Under the pieces are notes generated by a model. The model had not been told where the DNA came from and ran no database searches. It saw only the letters and a program-made list of their open reading frames with translations. From positions 720,001 through 752,000 of the forward strand of contig NC_009664.2 in assembly GCF_000017305.1 (NCBI RefSeq): 32,000 bases of DNA, read 5' to 3'. This DNA is from Kineococcus radiotolerans SRS30216 = ATCC BAA-149. GTDB lineage: Bacteria > Actinomycetota > Actinomycetes > Actinomycetales > Kineococcaceae. This document shows positions 27,395-32,000 of this stretch, piece after piece (position 1 is the first letter of the stretch; every line of letters starts with the position of its first letter). Position numbers and translations under genes: made by a program.

Positions 27395-27844
27395 TCAGCG
27401 GCGCCCGCGGGAGCGGTGCAGCTTCACGGCGTGCCGGGCCGCGGCCCGCCCGCGCCGGCGGTCACCGGCGGCGTCGTAGCCGAGGGCCAGGCGGTACCAG
27501 GCCCCGGCGTCGTCGGGGGCGGCGTCGACGTCGGCCTTGGCCCGCTGCCACAGCGCGGCGCCGGCCTCGCGGTCCACGCGCCCGGCGGCGGTGCGGGTCA
27601 GGTCGTCGGCGGGCAGCTCGCCGCGGGCGGCGAGCTCGCGGCCCAGCCGCTCCGTAGCGAGGCCGAACTGCAGTTCGCGCACCACCGACCACAGCCCCAC
27701 CAGCGGCAGCAGGAGCAGCGCGACGCCCAGGGCGATGCCGGCCCACTCCCCCGTGGCGGCCAGCTCGACGCCGAGCCGGCCGAGGAACACGAAGTAGAAC
27801 AGCAGAACGGCGACGCTGACCGCGATGACGACCTTGGTGCGCAC
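27395..27844 (-). CDS. Conserved two-TM membrane protein with a TPR-like C-terminal region (the small TM gene found downstream of dapB in actinobacteria)
   Basis: 149 aa. Two N-terminal hydrophobic helices, then WYRLALGYDAAGDRRRGRAAARHAV. GTG start lies 6 nt after the dapB stop. Function unknown. Confidence 0.62.
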   Translation of the reverse strand: MRTKVVIAVSVAVLLFYFVFLGRLGVELAATGEWAGIALGVALLLLPLVGLWSVVRELQFGLATERLGRELAARGELPADDLTRTAAGRVDREAGAALWQRAKADVDAAPDDAGAWYRLALGYDAAGDRRRGRAAARHAVKLHRSRGRR

Positions 27845-27850
27845 GGGGGT

Positions 27851-28591
27851 CTAGTCCAGGTCCAGGTAATGCTCGAGGCCCACGGTGACCCCGGGGCGCT
27901 GGGCGACCTGGCGGACGCCGAGGAGCAGACCGGGCATGTACGCGGACCGGTCGTAGGTGTCGTCGCGGAGGGTGAGGGTCTCCCCCGGCCCGCCCAGGAT
28001 CACCTCCTGGTGCGCGGTCATCCCGCGCATCCGGACGGCGTGCACATGGATCCCGTCGACGACCGCACCCCGGGCCCCGGGCAGCTCGGTCTCGGTGGCG
28101 TCCGGGGACGGCCCGAGCCCCGCCTCGGCGCGCGCGGCCGCGACGAGCTGCGCGGTGCGGATCGCCGAGCCGCTGGGGGCGTCGACCTTGCCCGGGTGGT
28201 GCAGCTCGACGACCTCGACGGACTCGAAGAACCGCGCGGCCTTGGCCGCGAGCTGCATGACGAGGACCGCGCCGATCCCGAAGTTCGTCGCGATCAGCAC
28301 GTTGCGCCCGGCCGCGGCGGCCCACCCCTCGACCTGCGCGACGCGCTCGGGGGTGAAGCCCGTGGTGCCCGTCACCACGTGCAGGCCCCGGGCGAGGGCC
28401 CCCTCGACGTTGGCCATGACCGAGCCCGGGACGGTGAGGTCCACGAGCACGTCGGCCCCGGCGGCCGCGTCCAGGGAGTCGCCGCGGCCCAGGGCCGCGA
28501 CGAGCTCGAGGTCCGCGGCCGCCTCCACGGCGGCGACGGCCTGCGAACCCATCCGGCCCCGGGCCCCGGCGACGGCGACGCGCACCGTCAC
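27851..28591 (-). CDS. dapB: 4-hydroxy-tetrahydrodipicolinate reductase
   Basis: 246 aa. V-VAV-GA-GRMG, VVTGTTGF, and VELHHPGKVDAPSGSA signature. GTG 28589-28591 forms a GTGA overlap with the pepR stop. An alternative GTG is at 28585. Confidence 0.93.
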   Translation of the reverse strand: MTVRVAVAGARGRMGSQAVAAVEAAADLELVAALGRGDSLDAAAGADVLVDLTVPGSVMANVEGALARGLHVVTGTTGFTPERVAQVEGWAAAAGRNVLIATNFGIGAVLVMQLAAKAARFFESVEVVELHHPGKVDAPSGSAIRTAQLVAAARAEAGLGPSPDATETELPGARGAVVDGIHVHAVRMRGMTAHQEVILGGPGETLTLRDDTYDRSAYMPGLLLGVRQVAQRPGVTVGLEHYLDLD

Positions 28592-29961
28592 CGGACGACG
28601 CCCCGGAAGGCGGTGTCGTCGGCGAAGGGACCCACCACGGTCACCGACCGCGGCCGGGACAGCAGGTCCGCGGCCAGGGTCTGCACGTCCTCGGCGGTGA
28701 CGGCGCGGACGTTGGCGAGCACCCCGTCGACGTCGAGGAACTGCCCGTGGGTGAGCTCGGACTTGCCCAGGCGGTTCATGCGGGACCCGGAGTCCTCCAG
28801 GCCCAGCACCAGGCCCCCGGTCAGCTGCCCCACGCCGCGGCCGAGCTCCTCGGCCTCCAGCGGGCTCGTGGCGAGCTTCTCGAGCTCGGCCAGCATGAGC
28901 TCGGCGACCTGCGCGGCCTTGGCCGGGGAGCAGCCCGCGTACAGCCCGACGTAGCCGGAGTCGGCGTAGTTGGCGTTGAACGAGTACACCGAGTAGGCCA
29001 GCCCGCGCTTCTCCCGGACCTCCTGGAACAGCCGGCTGCTCATCCCGCCGCCGAGGACGGCGTTGAGCACCGAGAGGGTGAAGCGGCGCTCGTCGGTGGC
29101 GGTGATGCCCGTCATCCCCAGCAGGACGTGCGCCTGCTCGGTCTGGCGGTCCACCACCAGGGCGGCGCCCGCCTCCAGACCGCCGCTGACCTCGCCGCTG
29201 GTGCGCCGGGGCCGGGGCGCGGCCTGGGCGAGGTCGCCCGCGGCGCGGTCCAGCTCGCGCTGGACGCAGGCGACGACCTCGTCGTGGTCGAGGCCGCCCG
29301 CGGCCGTGAAGACCAGCGAGGACGGCTGGTAGTGCTCGCGGTAGTGCGCCCACACGTCGTCGCGGCCGACGGCCCGGATGGTGTCGGGCGTGCCCCCGAT
29401 GGGGCGGGCCAGCGGGTGGCGGCCCAGGACGAGCTCGGCGAAGCGCTCGTGCGCGACGTCGCCGGGGTCGTCGTCGTTCATCGCCAGCTCCTCGAGGATG
29501 ACCTCGCGCTCGCTGGTGAAGTCGTCGTCGTCGAGGACCGCCGAGGTCACCATGTCGGTGACGACGTCGATCGCCATCGGCAGGTCCGCGTCCAGGACCC
29601 GCGCGTAGTAGGTGGTGTGCTCCTTGCCGGTGGCGGCGTTGGCCTCGCCCCCGACGGCGTCGAAGGCGGAGGCGATGTCCATCGCGTCCCGCCGCTCGGT
29701 GCCCTTGAAGAGCAGGTGCTCCAGGAAGTGCGTCGAGCCGAAGTGACCCTTCGTCTCGTCGCGCGAGCCGACGCCCACCCAGCAGCCGACGCTGGCCGAG
29801 CGCTGACCCGGCATCGCCTCGGTGAGCACCCGCGCCCCGCACGGCAGCACCGTGCGGGTCACGACGGCACCGTCGGCGGTGGAGAGGACGGTGGTAGCGG
29901 GAACCCCGCCGGCCGCCTCGACGGGCAGCTCGACGGGGTTCCCGGGGAGGATGGGCGACAC
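28588..29961 (-). CDS. pepR: M16-family (pitrilysin-like) zinc metallopeptidase
   Basis: 457 aa. Inverted zinc motif HFLEH with downstream REVILEE. The pnp-pepR-dapB synteny matches mycobacteria. GTG start lies 1 nt after the pnp stop. Confidence 0.9.
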   Translation of the reverse strand: MSPILPGNPVELPVEAAGGVPATTVLSTADGAVVTRTVLPCGARVLTEAMPGQRSASVGCWVGVGSRDETKGHFGSTHFLEHLLFKGTERRDAMDIASAFDAVGGEANAATGKEHTTYYARVLDADLPMAIDVVTDMVTSAVLDDDDFTSEREVILEELAMNDDDPGDVAHERFAELVLGRHPLARPIGGTPDTIRAVGRDDVWAHYREHYQPSSLVFTAAGGLDHDEVVACVQRELDRAAGDLAQAAPRPRRTSGEVSGGLEAGAALVVDRQTEQAHVLLGMTGITATDERRFTLSVLNAVLGGGMSSRLFQEVREKRGLAYSVYSFNANYADSGYVGLYAGCSPAKAAQVAELMLAELEKLATSPLEAEELGRGVGQLTGGLVLGLEDSGSRMNRLGKSELTHGQFLDVDGVLANVRAVTAEDVQTLAADLLSRPRSVTVVGPFADDTAFRGVVR

Positions 29962-29962
29962 G

Positions 29963-32000
29963 TCAGGCGTCGGCCGGTTCCGCGGCGGCGGCTTCCGCGG
30001 AAGCCTCCTCCGCGACGACGGGGACGAGGGACAGCTTGCCCCGCGGGTCGATCTCGGCGATCTCGACCTGGACCTTCTGGCCCACCGCGACGACGTCCTC
30101 GACGTTGTCCACGCGCTTGCCGCCGGAGAGCTTGCGCAGCTGCGAGATGTGCAGCAGGCCGTCCTTGCCGGGCATGAGCGAGACGAACGCGCCGAAGGTC
30201 GTCGTCTTCACGACGGTGCCGAGGTAGCGCTCGCCGACCTCGGGCATCGTCGGGTTGGCGATGGCGTTGACCGCTGCGCGGGCCGCCTCCGCCGAGGGGC
30301 CGTCGACGGCCCCGATGAACACCGTGCCGTCGTCCTCGATGGAGATGTCGGCGCCGGTGTCCTCCTGGATCTGGTTGATCATCTTGCCCTTGGGCCCGAT
30401 GACCTCGCCGATCTTGTCCACGGGGACCTTCACGGTGATGATCCGCGGCGCGGTCGGCGACATCTCGTCCGGGGCGTCGATGGCCTCGGCCATGACGTCG
30501 AGGATGTGCAGGCGCGCGTCGCGGGCCTGGGTCAGCGCACCGGCCAGCACCGAGGCGGGGATGCCGTCGAGCTTGGTGTCGAGCTGGATGGCGGTGACGA
30601 ACTCCTTGGTCCCGGCGACCTTGAAGTCCATGTCGCCGAAGGCGTCCTCGGCCCCGAGGATGTCGGTCAGCGCCGCGTAGCGGGTCTCGCCGTCGACGGT
30701 GTCGGAGATGAGGCCCATGGCGATGCCGGCCACGGCCGCGCGCAGCGGGACACCGGCGTTGAGCAGCGACAGCGTCGAGGCGCAGACCGAGCCCATCGAG
30801 GTGGAGCCGTTGGAGCCCAGCGCCTCGGAGACCTGGCGGATCGCGTAGGGGAAGTCCTCGCGGGCCGGCAGCACCGGCACCAGGGCGCGCTCGGCGAGGG
30901 CGCCGTGGCCGATCTCGCGGCGCTTGGGCGAGCCCACGCGGCCGGTCTCGCCGGTGGAGTACGGCGGGAAGTTGTAGTTGTGCATGTAGCGCTTGCGCGT
31001 CACCGGGGACAGCGTGTCCAGCTGCTGCTCCATGCGGAGCATGTTCAGCGTGGTGACGCCCAGGATCTGGGTCTCGCCGCGCTCGAAGAGGGCCGAGCCG
31101 TGCACGCGGGGCAGGACCTCGACCTCGGCGGACAGCGTCCGGATGTCGGCCAGGCCGCGGCCGTCGATGCGGACCCCGTCCTTGAGGACGCGCTGGCGGA
31201 TCAGCGCCTTCTGCACCGAGCGGTAGGCCGCGGAGACCTCCTTCTCGCGACCGGCGAACGCGTCGGCGAGCTGGGCCTTGACGGCCTCCTTGACCTCGTC
31301 GATCCGCGTCTCACGGTCCTGCTTGCCGCCGATCTGCAGCGCGGCGGTGAGGTCGGCCGAGGCCGCCTCGAACACGGCCTGGTAGACGTCGTCCTGGTAG
31401 TCCGGGAACGTCGGGAAGGCGGCCGTGGGCTTGGCGGCGGTGGCGGCCACCTCGGCCTGCGCGCGCACCAGCTCCGCGATGAAGGGCTTGGCGGCCTCGA
31501 GGCCGGCGGCCACGACCTCCTCGGTGGGGGCGGTCGCGCCCTGGTCCTTGATGAGGTTCCAGGAGCCCTCGGTCGCCTCGGCCTCGACCATCATGATCGC
31601 GACGTCCTGCGAGCCGTCGGCGGTGGTCACGACGCGGCCGGCGACGACCATGTCGAAGACGGCGCGCTCGAGCTCGGAGTAGCGCGGGAAGGCGACCCAC
31701 TGGCCGTCGATGAGGGCGATGCGCACCCCGCCGATGGGGCCGGAGAACGGCAGGCCCGAGAGCTGGGTGGAGAGGGACGCGACGTTGATGGCCACGACGT
31801 CGTAGGCGTCGTCGGGGTGCAGGGCCATGACGGAGACGACGACCTGGACCTCGTTGCGCAGGCCCTTGACGAAGCTGGGGCGCAGGGGGCGGTCGATGAG
31901 GCGGCAGGTCAGGATCGCCTCGGTCGAGGGGCGGCCCTCGCGGCGGAAGAACGAGCCGGGGATCTTGCCGGCGGCGTAGCTGCGCTCCTCGACGTCCACC
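29963..32000 (-). CDS. pnp: Polyribonucleotide nucleotidyltransferase (PNPase / GpsI), 3' portion; N-terminus lies beyond the window end
   Basis: 678 in-window codons (frame ends at 31999). [21 protein letters not shown], two RNase PH-like domains, KH ([16 protein letters not shown]) and S1 ([15 protein letters not shown]) domains, and an acidic Ala-rich tail. The leading 'M' in the track is an internal GTG (Val). Confidence 0.95.
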   Translation of the reverse strand, partial: VDVEERSYAAGKIPGSFFRREGRPSTEAILTCRLIDRPLRPSFVKGLRNEVQVVVSVMALHPDDAYDVVAINVASLSTQLSGLPFSGPIGGVRIALIDGQWVAFPRYSELERAVFDMVVAGRVVTTADGSQDVAIMMVEAEATEGSWNLIKDQGATAPTEEVVAAGLEAAKPFIAELVRAQAEVAATAAKPTAAFPTFPDYQDDVYQAVFEAASADLTAALQIGGKQDRETRIDEVKEAVKAQLADAFAGREKEVSAAYRSVQKALIRQRVLKDGVRIDGRGLADIRTLSAEVEVLPRVHGSALFERGETQILGVTTLNMLRMEQQLDTLSPVTRKRYMHNYNFPPYSTGETGRVGSPKRREIGHGALAERALVPVLPAREDFPYAIRQVSEALGSNGSTSMGSVCASTLSLLNAGVPLRAAVAGIAMGLISDTVDGETRYAALTDILGAEDAFGDMDFKVAGTKEFVTAIQLDTKLDGIPASVLAGALTQARDARLHILDVMAEAIDAPDEMSPTAPRIITVKVPVDKIGEVIGPKGKMINQIQEDTGADISIEDDGTVFIGAVDGPSAEAARAAVNAIANPTMPEVGERYLGTVVKTTTFGAFVSLMPGKDGLLHISQLRKLSGGKRVDNVEDVVAVGQKVQVEIAEIDPRGKLSLVPVVAEEASAEAAAAEPADA

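Overview
This is a very GC-rich chromosomal segment (by eye over 70% G+C, with codon position 3 almost always G/C), and the gene content is actinobacterial.

**Backbone.** The minus strand carries a conserved housekeeping array: pnp, pepR, dapB, TM protein ... dapA, rnj ... ftsK, NYN protein, rimO, pgsA, cinA, clgR-like, DUF3046. Three blocks interrupt it:
- the DNA-repair operon lhr-nei2 (982-6633, +)
- a single polytopic membrane protein (13773-14909, +)
- a ~9.5 kb mixed-strand metabolic block (17864-27382) between dapA and dapB, holding a HAD phosphatase, a fused 3-dehydroshikimate dehydratase, a quinone-oxidoreductase-like MDR, a holin-X-like protein, a formaldehyde dehydrogenase, and a translationally coupled pgmB-GH65-methyltransferase-VOC operon

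I found 27 credible CDS, two of them truncated by the window edges. I saw no rRNA, tRNA, CRISPR array, transposase, integrase or phage module. The many 100-2200 aa Arg/Pro/Gly/Ala-rich ORFs in the six-frame track are stop-codon-poor shadow frames.

**Novel system.** I did not find convincing evidence for a new multi-gene system such as a defence system.

**Best leads:**
1. A PafBC/RecA-NDp-like damage promoter sits in position for a leaderless lhr-nei2 transcript.
2. A TAnnnT or CAnnnT hexamer lies 6-7 nt upstream of the start codon of most first-in-operon genes. This suggests widespread leaderless transcription and helps fix several start codons.
3. The ClgR-like regulator has an acidic C-terminal extension with an 8-residue tandem repeat and ends in Ala-Ala.
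4. The GH65/beta-PGM pair is coupled by GTGA overlaps to a SAM methyltransferase and a VOC protein.
5. Very strong GC hairpins flank the insertion blocks.

All functional calls come from motif and family recognition by eye. No database search was run.
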